From Octopus sinensis (taxonomy: Eukaryota), in NCBI RefSeq assembly GCF_006345805.1, contig NC_043014.1, forward strand, positions 44,702,001 through 44,766,000: a DNA stretch of 64,000 nucleotides, read 5' to 3'. Positions 11,557-25,382 of this stretch are shown here, piece by piece; the first letter of the stretch is position 1; each line of letters opens with the position of its first letter. Below the pieces are notes generated by a model. The model ran no database searches and had not been told where the DNA came from. It was given only the letters and a program-made list of their open reading frames with translations. The position numbers and the translations under genes are program-made.

Positions 11557-13419
11557 TTGATGTTACCAGCCCACCACCTTAAGCCTCATAGCATTAATAA
11601 TACTTCAAAAATCTTAATGGCATGATGGATGTGTGTTTAAGTAGCTTGCTATAAAACCCTGTGGTTTTCAATTCAGTCCCACTGTATGATACTTTGAGTG
11701 TGCGCTTTTGACCATAGCCTCAGCCTAGCCAATGCCTTAATAGAGAAATTTGATAGAAGCCCATTGTATATGTCTGCATGTGTATCCCTTCCTAATGTAT
11801 ATTAGTTTCAAGTTTTGGCACAAGGCCAACAATTTTGGGAGAAGGGGCCCCTCCATACACATGCAAGCATGTATCTGACTCATACACTGTTCACTTTCCA
11901 GACATTTGTAGATTATTGCATATGCTTTATATGCACTTTTAACAAGTTGTGGTGCACCTGAGCACTGTATACAATAATTTCATTATATATCCATAGATTT
12001 TGTAGTAACAATGAGACAATTTCACAGGAATTTCATGGTACTTATTTTATTGATCCTAAAAGGATGAAAGGCAAAGTCAGCCTCAACAGAACTTGAACTC
12101 AATGTAAACAGGACAATATGCTGCTGAAGATTTCTTCCAGCATCATAACAGTTCTGCCAGCTTGCTGCCTTTCTCTTGTTAATGTATATTAGCCAGAAAT
12201 GTACACATCAGCAAGAAAACCAATAAACCAATACGTTCAGACAAAAATACTGTGTAGTATTTATTTTGCCTGCGTTGCACAAACTCTCCTCTCATCACTC
12301 TTACCATCAGAAAGTGAATGAGCTGATGATTGGTTCGTTGAGACCTTTAACCAATGATGCCATTTTCATAAAGTGAATAAATTAAATATTTTGATATGTT
12401 AATATATGAAAGACAAAATGATGCAGCTAAGATAAACTTGACATCTTTCCCATGAATTCTACAGCATCACACCCTGGGCAAGTGTCTTCCACTATAGCTC
12501 AGGGTGAACCAAAGCTTTGTGATTGGATCTGGTAGATGGAAACTGAAAAAAACCTGTCGTGTGTGTGTCTGTATTACTATTTTCTTGTCTTAACTTCATA
12601 TGAGAATTGTAAACAAGTGTCACCATCATGCAAGTGGTGTCCTAAGTTTCCAATCTCCTATGGAAAGATGTCTAATGATGGAGAAATGTTACCTTACCTG
12701 GAAACAGGCAAGGGTCGGCAACAGGAAGGGCATCCATCTGTAAAAAATCCACCTCAGCAAATTCCGTCCAACCCATGTGAGCATGGAAAAGTGGATACTA
12801 AAATAATAATGATGATGATAATGGTGACGTTGATAATGATGAAAGATAGTATATCAATGAAGTTAGGTATTGATAGTTTAAACAAATGGTTTATCCAACA
12901 GCAACACATCTATGAATACAATTTCTGACGTATCCAAAGCATTACACAGCAAATATGTGACAGAATCATTCATTTGAACAGAACTTTATCTTTGTATATT
13001 TGAGAACAAACAGAAATATAATATAACAATCCCCGTGGTTTGGCAAAAGAGACTGATAGAATAAGTACTAGGCTTACAAAGAATAAGTCCTGGGGTCGAT
13101 TTGCTCGACTAAAGGCGGTGCTCCAACATGGCCACAGTCAACTGACTGAAACAAGTGAAAGAGTAAAAGAGTAAAGAGTATGCAAATACAATAAGTACAA
13201 TAAGGCATATGTATGTCAAAGGAAGACATAGTTATGTACTAAAAGACATAGGTAGATTAACGATAATAGACAAGTGTTTTACAGTAAGATGTTGATTTAC
13301 ATGAATAACTAATCAAATGGATGGAGATTATAGCATGTTCCTTTCACTTAGTGACTCGTTCTAAAAACATCTTTAAATATCACTTCTTTAACTACAATTA
13401 ACAGAGACCTACCATATTA

Positions 13420-13830
13420 ACAGACACCCACCATATTCTGAGCGCCTTGTTTCCCTGGGCATGGATTCACTGAAGCTCCGGCGTCTAGCGACGGACTTGG
13501 TAAACACCCACAAAGTTATCAACCACCTCACCAACAACAACACTGAACACCTTTTTGATCTCCATGTGTCTAACACACGTGGACATGCCTACAAAGTCAG
13601 AAAACAACACAGCTCCCATGACTTTCGGAAACATTTTTTCACACTCAGGGTTGCTGAAGCGTGGAATAAACTGCCTGCATCAGTTGTTGACTGCCATGAC
13701 ACTGCATCCTTTAAGGCCCTCATGCTTCCCGAAATCCGTCGAAACTACACCTGATTATATATACACTTTAGATGAGTTGTAGTGCACCTGAGCACTGTAC
13801 ACAATTATTATTATTATTATTATTATTATA
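13420..13830 (+). mobile_element. CR1-type LINE 3' fragment (second subfamily), (ATT)n tail
   Basis: 97-aa ORF ending RGHAYKVRK..FFTLRVAEAWNKLP..FK. Near-identical copies at 16790-17210(-), 23845-24240(-) and 42476-42912(+). Confidence 0.88.
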
Positions 13831-13872
13831 TTATTATTATATAGATACGAATTATTTCTTCTTTTACTGTAG

Positions 13873-13968
13873 CTATCAACAACAGTACAACATCTTTGGA
13901 TGCAGCCTATGATATATCCAAATTATCACAAAGCAAGTATGTGGCACAAACACCGTACATACAGAACT
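13873..13968 (+). CDS. Gene A exon 2 (96 nt, phase 1-1 linker)
   Basis: Acceptor cttttactgtag, donor gtaagt at 13969. Open in phase 1: (A)INNSTTSLDAAYDISKLSQSKYVAQTPYIQN. Joins exons 1 and 3 in frame. Confidence 0.6.
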
Positions 13969-14130
13969 GTAAGTATTTTTGCATATTTGATAATAGATAT
14001 AGAGATATGATATAACTAAAAAAAAGTAAAAGTCAGCTTCCCATTATGTCGTATGAAGTATATTATGGTTTTTAACACAATATGTCTATAAAAGGGTTTT
14101 TTTCCAGATGAAAACCACAGCTTCTGTCAT

Positions 14131-14380
14131 TTCAACTCTCTCTCTATCCACTCAGTTGAAGTCGACTCTCGGTCACTTGTTGGATCAGTGTCCTCCAGTC
14201 AGTTCTATCCTTCTTTCAGATTGGCTATGTCCATTCTGGTATCACTCTTGATGGTGTCAAGCCAGCAGGTTCTTGGTCGGCCTCTTCCTCTCTTTCCACT
14301 GACCATTCCGAGCATGATGTCCTTCTCCAGGGATTTTCTCTACATAATATGACCGAAATATGCCAATCTATGCTTGGAAC
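14131..14380 (-). mobile_element. RTE/BovB-like LINE 3' fragment
   Basis: Minus-strand translation LAYFGHIM*RKSLEKDIMLGMVSGKRGRGRPRTCWLD is a typical RTE RT C-terminus. More degraded RTE RT pieces at about 18700-19130(-), 25940-26450(+), 46100-46190(+), 48840-49020(-). Confidence 0.75.
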
Positions 14381-15577
14381 ATGAGAACCTACACACATCC
14401 ATTAAATATATTGAATTGACAGAAATTTTTTTTTACTAAAGACTTGCTTCTATTGCATGATTCAAATTTTTCAGCTTATGCCAAGCCTTTGCAAACCATC
14501 TTATACCATGTGACTGACCAAACTATCAGATGTTGTTACACATCGTTGGTCACAATGCACTTTGTATCATTTTTGCCTTCGAAAGATGCCACCCCGCTGG
14601 TTAGATGAGCAGGCCAACATTCCCTACTGACCAAAAGGGGGACTGGTGCAACATGAAATGAAGTGTTTTGCTCAAGAACACAATGCACTGTCCGGTCTGG
14701 GAATCAAACCCATGATTGCTAGATTGTGGATTCGATCCTGGGAATTGAACCCACAATCTAGCAATCATGAGTGAAACACCCTAACCACTAGGTCACATGC
14801 CTTCACATAGTATATACACCATGACATGAGTATGTGACACTGGTAAGCCACAACAGTGGTGAAATATAATATCTGTCACTCTCACAGTTACTTCTGAGGC
14901 GATTTCATTTCACCTGGATCTATGACAACTTGTGTTTTAATACAATACATTTATAAAGGGTTTTTCTTGGATGAAAACCACAGCATGTGTGCATGTATGT
15001 ACGGATGTGTGTGTGTGTGTGTGTTTGTGTGTGCATATGCATGTGTATATGCATGTGTGTGTATATATATGCATAAATATATGCATATATATGTGTGTGT
15101 GTGTGTGGTGTGTGTGTGTGTGTGTGGTGTGTGTGTGTATATATATTTATATAGACATGGTGGTTGGTTGGTTGGCATCCTTTTTGTCTCGGGAGACAAC
15201 AGAGTTGCGCATACACGCACATACATACACATACATGCACATATATACATATATCTATGCATATATATACACACACATATACACATATATATATGCATAC
15301 ACAATTACACACACACACATACACACACACACATACACACACACACATACACACACACACATACACACACACACAGCTCCATTCAAACAAATGAACTTTT
15401 AATCAATTCTAACATGATGCTCAATAATTAATTACTTATATATGTAAAACTTAATTCTCTCGCCGCTTCACCAACTCTGGGAATCACTGATCGGATAGTT
15501 ACGAAGCTTGACTACTGACCCCATGGTCACAAATTCAAACCTTACGACAGGCAAAGTTCATTACTATGTTTACCCTA

Positions 15578-15961
15578 TGGAAGCACTCTGTCGGTTATAA
15601 CGACGAGGGTTCCGGTTGATCCGAATCAACGGAACAGCCTGATCATGAAATTAACGTGTAAGTGGCTGAGCACTCCACAGACACGTGCACCCTTAACGTA
15701 GTTCTCGGGGATATTCAGCATGACACAGAGAGTGACAAGGCCGGCCCCTTGAAATACAGGTACAACAGAAACAGGAAGTAAGAGTGAGAGAAAGTTGTGG
15801 TGAAAGAGTACAGCAGGGATCACCACCATCCCCTGCCGGAGCCTCGTGGAGCTTTTAGGTGTTTTCGCTCAATAAACACTCACAACGCCCGGTCTGGGAA
15901 TCGAAACTGCGATCCTATGACCGCGAGTCCGCTGCCCTAACCACTGGGCCATTGCGCCTCC
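15578..15961 (-). mobile_element. Full-length tRNA-derived SINE with 15-bp TSD
   Basis: Head GGAGGCGCAATGGCCCAGTGGTTAGGGCAGCGG..TTTCGATTCCC; TSD ACTATGTTTACCCTA at 15563-15577 and 15962-15976. Confidence 0.88.
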
Positions 15962-16245
15962 ACTATGTTTACCCTAATGCATCGCGAACAATACACACTA
16001 CACATACTTTTTCAATGAAAGGCAGGAATTATTTAATGGTAAACAAAGATACCTTGCAAACATACAAAATTTCTGAAAGCCATTCCACTTAATACAAGCA
16101 GAGATGCATTGATATAAAAAAAGGGCAAAAGAAAATTACTCTCCCCAGACACAACAGAATAAATTAAATATTTTGATATGTTAATATATGAAAGACAAAA
16201 TGATGCAGCTAAGATAAACTTGACACCCCTCCATTAATTCCACAG

Positions 16246-16512
<267 letters not shown>

Positions 16513-17900
16513 GCGCACGCACAGTCATCATTTTTTTCTTTTTTATGTAAATATTGTGGAAAAATGTGTTAGGAAGGTACTTTACATCTGGAGGGCTAAG
16601 CTAAGCTAAAATTGATTATATTTTTTCCCTTGTAACTGTTTGTTCAGCAAATTTAGTTTCTCAAATATACCTGAAAGGTAAACTATGTCACATTTGACAG
16701 CTGGAATTTCTTCTCCAAGCTGCTTACCATCCAGAAACACTACAACACTGTTCCAAAGTTCAATAAAAGGATGCAGGTAGTTATAATAATAATAATAATA
16801 ATAATAATAATTGTGTACAGTGCTCAGGTGCACTACAACTCATCTAAAGTGTATATATAATCAGGTGTAGTTTCGGCGGATTTCGGAAAGCATGAGGGCC
16901 TTAAAGGATGCAGTGTCATGGCAGTCAACAACTGACGCAGGCAGTTTATTCCATGCTTCAGCAACTCTGAGCGTGAAAAAATGTTTCCGAAAGTCATGGG
17001 AGCTGTGTTGTTTTCTGACTTCGTAGGCATGTCCACGTGTGTTGGACACATGGAGATCAAAAAGGTGTTCAGTGTTGTTGTTGGTGAGGTGGTTGATAAC
17101 TTTGTGGGTGTTTACCAAGTCCGTCGCCAGACGCCGGAGCTTCAGTGAATCCATGCCCAGGGAAACAAGGCGCTCAGAATATGGTAGGTGTCTGATGGAG
17201 GGTATGCATTTGGTTATCCTTAGACATCTTTTATCAAGCGAGAAAAGTTGAACATCAAAGTTAACCTTGGTAAGATTTGAACTCAGAGAGCAGAAAGCGG
17301 GAAAAAAAAAATATCAGAAGGCATTTTATCCAACACAGTAATGACTTTGCTGCCAATTTCCCACCTTTTATGAGAGGATTAGTTTAATTTGATTTAATAC
17401 CTTTGGATTGACCCAGTTAGCTACCAGCCTTCCCCTTTACAAAAATTAGTCTTAAACCTATTTTAAAGAAATAAATGTTTCTTTGTGTGTTGGCGTGTGT
17501 GAGTGTGTGTGTGTGTATGTGTGTGTGTCTGTGTGTTGTGTGTGTGTGTGTGTGTGTCTGTGTGTGTGTGTGCGTGTCTCTGTGTGTGTGTGTCTGTGTG
17601 TGTGTGTGTCTGTGTGTGCATTTGTGTGTGTGTGTGTGTGTGTGTCTGTGTGTGTGTCTGTGTGTGCGTGCGTGCGTGTGTGTCTGTGTGTGTGTCTGTG
17701 TGTGCGTGCATGTGTGTGTGTAAATCTGTGCATGGATAATGAGAGAAAAAATATGATGTATGTCAGCATGTGTAAACTGCATAACGTGTATTGAACAGCC
17801 ATACACACAACCTTATATGTAATCTGCTAATATAACCACATATGATGAATGACAATACATCCTTTTCTCATTTGAATGACTTATATCACTTTCATCACAG

Positions 17901-18160
17901 ACTCAATAGCATATGCAGGTCAATGCGGAGACTACTTTTTGGTGCCACCAAACTGTACCTATGAAGTATCGGTCAACTTTGGTATTCATGAACAGGATCT
18001 TGGCAGCCTCTACTGTGTTCTCACGTTTCTGGCACTCGGAGGGCCCAGGAGGAAGTTTTGCCTTAATATTACCAAAATCCATCTCACAGAAGACATGGAC
18101 ATCTATGTTTTCGAAGGTGAAAATATGGAATATCCTGAACTCTACCAACATATCATTCGG
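17901..18160 (+). CDS. Gene A exon 3, N-terminal part of CUB-like domain 1
   Basis: Acceptor ttcatcacag, donor gtaaga at 18161 (phase 0). SIAYAGQCGDYF...YCVLTF...FCLNITKIHL...MDIYVFEG follows the CUB C..C.l.f..l.f..D(y)l.i.dG pattern. Confidence 0.8.
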
Positions 18161-18359
18161 GTAAGAATTTCTATTTCCCTCAATTATTTTCACCATCAGC
18201 ATTTTTTTAGCACTTCCTCTGCTAGTATAGGTTCTATTAGGTTTGCACCAATAGCATAGCTGTTGGGTGAGATGAAGGAGCAGTCCACGCTGGGTGATGC
18301 TTTTATAGAAGCAAAGAGCATTTTTGGGACTGCTGCACAGGAAACAGATGAGGTTTTTG

Positions 18360-18659
18360 TTTGTTCCTTCTCAAGCCACGCCTGGTTCATATGACCAGTT
18401 TCCCAGTTTCCTTGGTGTATAGGTTCCCCACCAGGATGGGACGCCAGTCCATTGCAGGTGAGCTGCAAGATGCAGGAGGAAAGAGTGAGAGAAAGTTGTG
18501 GCGAAAGAGTCAGCAGAAGTTCTCCATTACCTTCAGCCAGAGCCGCATGGAGCTTAGGTGTTTCACTCATAAACACACACATTGCCCGGTCTGAGATTCG
18601 AACCCATGATCCCTCAATCATAAGTCCGCTGCTCTAACCACTAGGCCATGTGCCTCCAC
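18360..18659 (-). mobile_element. tRNA-derived SINE (same head as the 15578 element, different tail)
   Basis: Head GTGGAGGCACATGGCCTAGTGG; body contains CCTGCAATGGACTGGCGTCCCATCC. Same family as 21861-22420. Confidence 0.85.
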
Positions 18660-20566
18660 GGACAGATGGGGTGGGGACACCCAAGGGCTGCCCTGGATGG
18701 CCAACACTCAAGCTATGTTACTGATTTGCATTGTAGGACATCACCATCTTTGTGATCATGTGTCATCTCATCTGAGAGACCAAACTTCTTGAAATCTGTT
18801 TCACCATTTCTTTTTCTTGTTTTTGCCTTGATCTTAAACTCTGCTTTTCAATCATGATGATAATACACATCTGACAAAGGTTCATAAATAATCATTTCAT
18901 TTTTCTCCAGCTTCCACAAAAAATATCTTCATCCAATGCCTGTCTCACTAAACAGCCTCATGCTTCCTAAACACACTTTATACAGCCTGCCTTTTTGCAC
19001 ACAGAGAGAACCACTTTGTCAGAAACAGAGGTAATAATAATCCACTGAATTCCATCTGCTACTTTCACTTTTACCCTATCATCTATATTTTCACTACAAC
19101 TCTGTAACATTTAATTATATCACCTGAGCAGTAGATACATTTTGCATTTAGTTTTTACATGATTTTTTTCCCTTTCTAGCATTGTTTCTTTTTATATTCT
19201 AGAAAGACAAAAAGTAGTCACAGTAGCTTTCTTAGACATGGTTAGTAAGAGGAATCTCATGGTCAGTTGCCTTGTGCAGATTTCTGAGATATAACATCAT
19301 TATCAATATCATTTAATGTCCACTTTACAATGCTTGTATGAGTCAGACGCAGTTTATAGGGGCAGATTTTCTATAACGGGATGCCCCACTTGTCATCAAC
19401 CTTTACCTGTTTACAAGTAAGATAATATTTACCCATGGTTAGGTTTTTCATGAAAGACCAGAAATGAACAACAGCACTTGTACGATGGTGGTGCTTGTTT
19501 ACAACGATGATGTCAAGACAGCCGTACATACACACATGAGCTTCTTTCAGTTTCCAATTACAAAAACTAATGCAACATATATATATATGGGAAAGCATTG
19601 GACTACTATTAAGTTTCTTCAGCTTGAAGATTTTACTGTCATGAAAATGTAGTGATGCCTGGTTTCAGATGCCATTTTGGGATTTTCATCCACGGAAGGC
19701 CTGCCAGAAGCCCCTTATGTGCACACGCAGTCATCAACAGCTGCTAGGCTTGACCACTATTCTCTCTCTTCGCCCCAGCTGCCGGCTGAGCCAGACACAA
19801 CTAGACCAGCTCCGTGTGGCTGGAATTCTGAAGACGATCCACGACTTCGGCAAATCTGTGAAGGATGCTTTCACAATTGTGATTAAACCAACCACCAAGT
19901 CCACTTTCCAAAAGTGCTGCACAATGAGACTGAACCCAAAGCCACTTGGTTGCAAAGCAAGCTTCTTAACCACACAGCCATGCCTGTACCTGCAAATAAG
20001 TTACACAACTAAACACAATAAGGTTTAGGTATAAGAGAGGCTGTGTGGTAATTAGCTTGCGTACCAACCACATGGTTCCGGGTTCAGTCCCACTGAATAG
20101 CATCTTGGGCAAGTGTCTTCTACTATAGCCTCGGGCTGACCAAAGCCTTGTGAGTGGATTTGGTAGACGGAAACTGAAAGAAGCCCGTCGTATATATGTC
20201 GTATACATGTATATATATGTATGTATATATATGTATATATATGTTTGTGTGTGTGTGTATGTTTCTGTGTTTGTCTTTGTCTCCCCAACATTGCTTGATA
20301 ACTGATGCTAGTGTGTTTACATCCCCGTAACTTAGCGATTTGGCAAAAGGGAACGATAAAATAAGTATTAGGCTTACAAAGTCCTGGGGTCGATTTGCTC
20401 GATAAAGGCAGTGCTTCAGCATGGCCACAGTCAAATGACAGAAACAAGTAAAAGAGCAACCTAACACGTTACAAAAGATCCACTCCATCTCCCCTTTCAT
20501 TTCTATATCTTCTGTCTCAGCTACAAATTAATACAAAGTCATTTCTTGCCTGTCCCTTATTTTCAG

Positions 20567-20699
20567 CACTTAACCAACAAAGAGGGACCACAGATATTCT
20601 GCACCAACACAAACACCCTCAGTGTTCGGTTCGAGTACCCAATCCTAAAAGGCAGTCTCTCTCCTGACGTGGAATTCAAAGTCATACCAACAGATGATG
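20567..20699 (+). CDS. Gene A exon 4, C-terminal part of CUB-like domain 1
   Basis: Acceptor cttattttcag, donor gtcagt at 20700 (phase 1). HLTNKEGPQIFCTNTNTLSVRFEYPILKGSLSPDVEFKVIPTDD. Not in the ORF track. Confidence 0.8.
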
Positions 20700-20876
20700 G
20701 TCAGTTCTTTTTACATTAATAACACAATACGCAGTTGTTTATTTTTTCTTGAGTGGGAGACACATCATGCAACCCAGTTTAACACTACCTCCTGACCCTC
20801 AGATCACTTTAGCAGAGTTTGCTGTGTTGCAGGCCATTGGGACCAAGCTTCCTGCACTCACTTCCAACACACATCA

Positions 20877-20936
<60 letters not shown>

Positions 20937-21860
20937 TACCCTTTCTCTAGCTACTGGAGCATGATGTGTTGTGTATTCTTTTACTCAGATTAGAGACCTA
21001 GCCAAGGCTAACTTGTGAGCGAGTGAATTCAACCAAAGGCACCCAAGGACCAAGTGTTAGTGTTAAAATGAGCAAAAGATTGTATCTGTACAAATAGTTT
21101 ATGAACTAATAATACACACACACACACACACACACACCACAACCACCACCACCACCACCACCACCACCACCATTGCCATTATCATCATCATCATTTTATG
21201 TCTGCATTCTATAGAACGGAAACAAGACACTCATAATCATGACGTGTTTCCATGACAGTAAAATCTTCAAGCTGAAGAAACTTAATAGTAATCCAATGAT
21301 TTCCCATATATTTTTTTTTTTGCATTAGCTTTTGTTATTTATTTACAATAAAAGAAATAGTCTTGACTTCAGCCACCTTGAATCATCACAAAGGCCTAGA
21401 ACTCTGAGCTTGCAGAGCTTCATATCAGCAGCAATCCGGGCCATTTTTTCATTTTCAAACACGATCCTGATGTTCCATATTCCAGCCACAAGGTTGTCCT
21501 TGGTGAGAGGAGATTGTTCAACATCAAAGCTTCCTTTTGGTTTTCACTACATTGCTTCATATGCAGTCTATGAAGATTACCTTTCCTTACCAAGATCAGT
21601 TTTACATGACCTCTTGGTGTTTCAGTAACAGCATAAAAAATTGATAGTGAAGGGTGGGATTAACTATGGTAGAGTTATAAGAAATAATACTCCTTTCTAC
21701 TAAAGGCACAAGGCCTGAAATTTTGTGGGAAGGAACTAGTTGATTACATCAACACCAGTGTTTCACAGGTAATAAATTTATTGACACCAAAAGGACGAAA
21801 GACAAAGTCAACCCCAGTGGATTTTTAAACTCAGAATATAGCAACGGGTGAAATACCGTA

Positions 21861-22420
21861 GTGGAGGCACATGGCCTAGTGGGTAGAGCAGCGGACTCAC
21901 AGTCGAGGGATCACGGGTTTGAATCTCAGACCGGGCGATGTGTGTGTTTATGAGCGAAACACCTAAGCTCCAAGCATCTCCAGCAGAAGGTAATGGCGAA
22001 ACTTCTGCTGACTCTTTCACCACAACTTTCTCTCACTCTTTCCTCTTGCATCTTGCAGCTCACCTGCGATGGACCGGCGTCTCGTCCAGGTGGGGAACCT
22101 ATACGCCAAGGAAACCGGGAAACCGGCTCTTATGAGCCAGGCATGGCTCGAGCAGGCTCACGGTCGAGGGATCACGGGTTTGAATCTCAGACCGGGCAAT
22201 GTGTGTGTTTATGAGCGAAACACCTAAGTTCTACGCGGCTCCGGCAGAAGGTAATGGCAAACTTCTGCTGACTCTTTTGCCACAACTTTCTCTCACTCTT
22301 TCCTCTTGCATCTTGCAGCTCACCTGCGATGGACCGGCGTCTCGTCCAGGTGGGGAACCTATACGCCAAGGAAACCGGGAAACCGGCCCTTATGAGCCAG
22401 GCATGGCTCGAGAAGGAACA
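21861..22420 (+). mobile_element. Head-to-tail dimer of the same SINE, nested in another SINE
   Basis: Two units joined at ...GGCTCGAG|CAGGCTCAC, flanked by CAA(C/T)GGGTGAAATAC at 21842-21856 and 22423-22437. Confidence 0.8.
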
Positions 22421-22655
22421 AACAATGGGTGAAATACTGCTACGGATTTCGTCCAGCATGCTAACAATAAAAGAAATGAAAACTTCAGATGCACCACATC
22501 AAGGGCAATGGAGTATTTTTTAGCTTTATTTTTTACTCTTTGGCTTCATGCAAATTTTTCATAGTACCAGCTTGGAAATAAACCTTGAAGATCCATCTTG
22601 CCTATAACTGGTAGATCTAATAAACTAAAAGTCTACAGCTCTTTTTTTTTTTCAG

Positions 22656-22894
22656 TGGTACTCATGAAAGGAAATGACTGCTTCAAGAACTTTGAAATGG
22701 ACAATCAAAGCTTCTACCGAGTAGTAACCTGGCCGGACAGTACTGAACATCATGCATCCTGGGGTGGTTGTTTCTTGACCTTTGTGCGTGAATCATCAGG
22801 AACGATGTGTGTACAGTTCTTGAACTTCTACATTGGAAAAGACAGCATTGACGTCAGCCTTACATTTTTGGTTGGAGACAACATCCCGATGATG
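22656..22894 (+). CDS. Gene A exon 5, N-terminal part of CUB-like domain 2
   Basis: Acceptor tttttttcag, donor gtaaat at 22895 (phase 0). VLMKGNDCFKNF...GGCFLTF...MCVQFLNFYI...VSLTFLVG has the same Cys spacing as exon 3. Confidence 0.8.
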
Positions 22895-22959
22895 GTAAAT
22901 ATTCCGTTAATATCTCTTTTTTTATCTTCCACTTATTTCAGTCAATGGGGTGTAACCTA

Positions 22960-23190
22960 TTTCTTTACTACCCACAAGGGGCTAAATACGGAGGGGACAA
23001 ACAAGGACAGACAAATGGATCAAGCCGATTATATCGACCCCAGTGCACAACTGGCACTTAATTTATCGACCCCGAAAGGATGAAAGGCAAAGTCGACCTC
23101 GGCGGAATTTGAACTCAGAACGTAATGGCAGACGAAATACGGCGACGCATTTCACCCGGCGTGCTAACGTTTCTGCCAGCTCGCCGCCTT
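22960..23190 (-). mobile_element. tRNA-derived SINE, GGCGGCGAGCTGGCAGAA-headed family (monomer)
   Basis: B-box GAGTTCAAATTCC, conserved CTTTGCCTTTCATCCTTTCGGGGTCGATAAA, end AAAGAAATAG. Other monomers at 31711-31935(+), 34629-34855(+), 42017-42243(-, TSD GCATTAAC) and 54130-54361(-). Dimers at 33760-34130, 35474-35880, 39895-40260, 53553-53962 and 60361-60757. Confidence 0.88.
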
Positions 23191-24891
23191 AATGGGGTGT
23201 AATGATGCTGGGGGCACCACATTGAAGGGCCTTAGTCAAACAGTTCGACCCCAGTATTTATTTTTAAAGTGTGATATTTATTCTATTAGTCTCTCTTGCT
23301 GAACTGCTAAGTTACTGGGGATTTAAACAAACCAACACCAGTCATCAAACTCACACACACACATATATATGATGGGCTTCCACACAGTTTCCATCTATCA
23401 AATTCGCTTACAAGATATTGATCAATCCTGAGTTAGAGTAAAAGATACTTGTCTAAGGGACCATGCAGTGGAACTGAACCTAAAACCATGTGGTTGCTAA
23501 GTGAGCTTCTTAACTATGCAGCCATGCCTGCACCTATGTAGAAAAATAGGGTTTTCCCTTTTTTACTAAATAGATAGTTACAAGCCCACACATTCATCTA
23601 GACAGCCATGGTTTCCTCTACACCAACTGGCTAGTTAGAGTTCACATTATACACAAATAAACATGTAGTGTTCATTGTAGCAGCAATATTCAGCCACCAC
23701 CAATGTCGCGATTCACTAGAATGTTACCCATAGCTTCTGATGATTCGCGACTTTGCATGGAAAGAATATTACCCATGTGATCAACAAACTCTGACCAATC
23801 ACAACTTCACATGGAATAGGCTTCAGTGATAATTTCAACTTCTAATATAAAAAATAATAATAATAATAATTGTGTACAGTGCTCAGGTGCACTACAACTC
23901 ATCTAAAGTGTATATATAATCAGGTGTAGTTTCGGCGGATTTCGGAAAGCATGAGGGCCTTAAAGGATGCAGTGTCATGGCAGTCAACAACTGATGCAAG
24001 CAGTTTATTCCATGCTTCAGCAACTCTGAGCGTGAAAAAATGTTTCCGAAAGTCATGGGAGCTGTGTTGTTTTCTGACTTTGTAGGCATGTCCACATGTG
24101 TTGGACACATGGAGATCAAAAAGGTGTTCAGTGTTGTTGTTGGTGAGGTGGTTGATAACTTTGTGGGTGTTTACCAAGTCCGTCGCCAGACGCCGGAGCT
24201 TCATTGAATCCATGCCCAGGGAAACAAGGCACTCAGAATATTCTGAGCCCTTGAATCAATATAAAATTGACACACATGCAACTATCAGACCAGACAGGGA
24301 GTTTTGGGATGAAGTATAGAGGGAGCATGAGATCACATGGCAGTGAACTATCTGTGACAACAACACAGAGCTGACATCAACATAATGAACTATTGGTGAC
24401 AGCAACACAATGACTAGAAGTTAAGTTTTTGAATACCGTTACAATTCCACCAAGAACAATAATACCCAAACTCTCTCAACATTCATCATTCATAGTAACA
24501 GCAGTATTTGTCTTTTGCTTGTCTTTCTCTTTTACTCTTTTACTTGTTTCAGTCATTTGACTGTGGCCATGCTGGAGCACCGCCTTTAGTCGAGCAAATC
24601 GACCCCAGGTCTTATTCTTTGTAAGCCTAGTACTTATTCTATTGGTCTCTTTTGCCGAACCACTAAGTTACGAGGACGTAAACACACCAGCATCGGTTGT
24701 CAAGCAATGCTAGGGGGACAAACACAGACACACAAACACACACACATACATATACATATATATATACATATATACGACAGGCTTCTTTCAGTTTCCGTCT
24801 ACCAAATCCACTCACAAGACTTTGGTCGGCCCGAGGCTATAGCAGAAGACACTTGCCCAAGATGCCACACAGTGGGACTGAACCCGGAACA

Positions 24892-25231
24892 GGGTGGATG
24901 CTACTGTAGCTTGTAGTCCTAGGAGAACAGCTTCTCTAGCTGGCTATTGACACACTTTCTGTGCCCTATCGGTATTTGCAAAGGGAAGCCATCCTTCCCA
25001 TTGTCGACCTGACGTGATACGCATGGATCCAGGTTTATGGGTATTTACCCGTCATCAGCGCACGACAATCACCAGTCTTCGATGTGAAGGGGTCCCAGTG
25101 CAAATACATATATTCTTTTTCCAGTGATGAAAATCACTGATCTCGAAAAAGTGATAGGGCGCAGAAAGTGTGTCAATAGCCAGCTGGAGAAGATGTTCTC
25201 CTGGGGCTACAAGCTACAGTAGCATCCACCC
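24892..25231. mobile_element. MITE with 79-bp TIRs (GGGTGGATGCTACTGTAGC...)
   Basis: TIRs at 24892-24970 and 25153-25231; interrupts the head of the CORE-like SINE at 24526-24890. Confidence 0.85.
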
Positions 25232-25318
25232 TTAGTGGTTAGCCACATTGAAGTGGCAAATATACTTCACATTGTCGTGCAGCTACTGTTTATACCTCGT
25301 TCAGAGATTTATTATTGC

Positions 25319-25356
<38 letters not shown>

Positions 25357-25382
25357 CTTTGTTTCTTTATCATTATTTCCAG

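Noticed and set aside
13461-13754. Repeated intact 97-aa ORF as a multi-copy host gene
   Set aside because: It is the C-terminal end of CR1 reverse transcriptase.
21865-21940. tRNA-like sequences here and at other SINE heads as tRNA genes
   Set aside because: No complete acceptor stem, and each continues into a SINE body.
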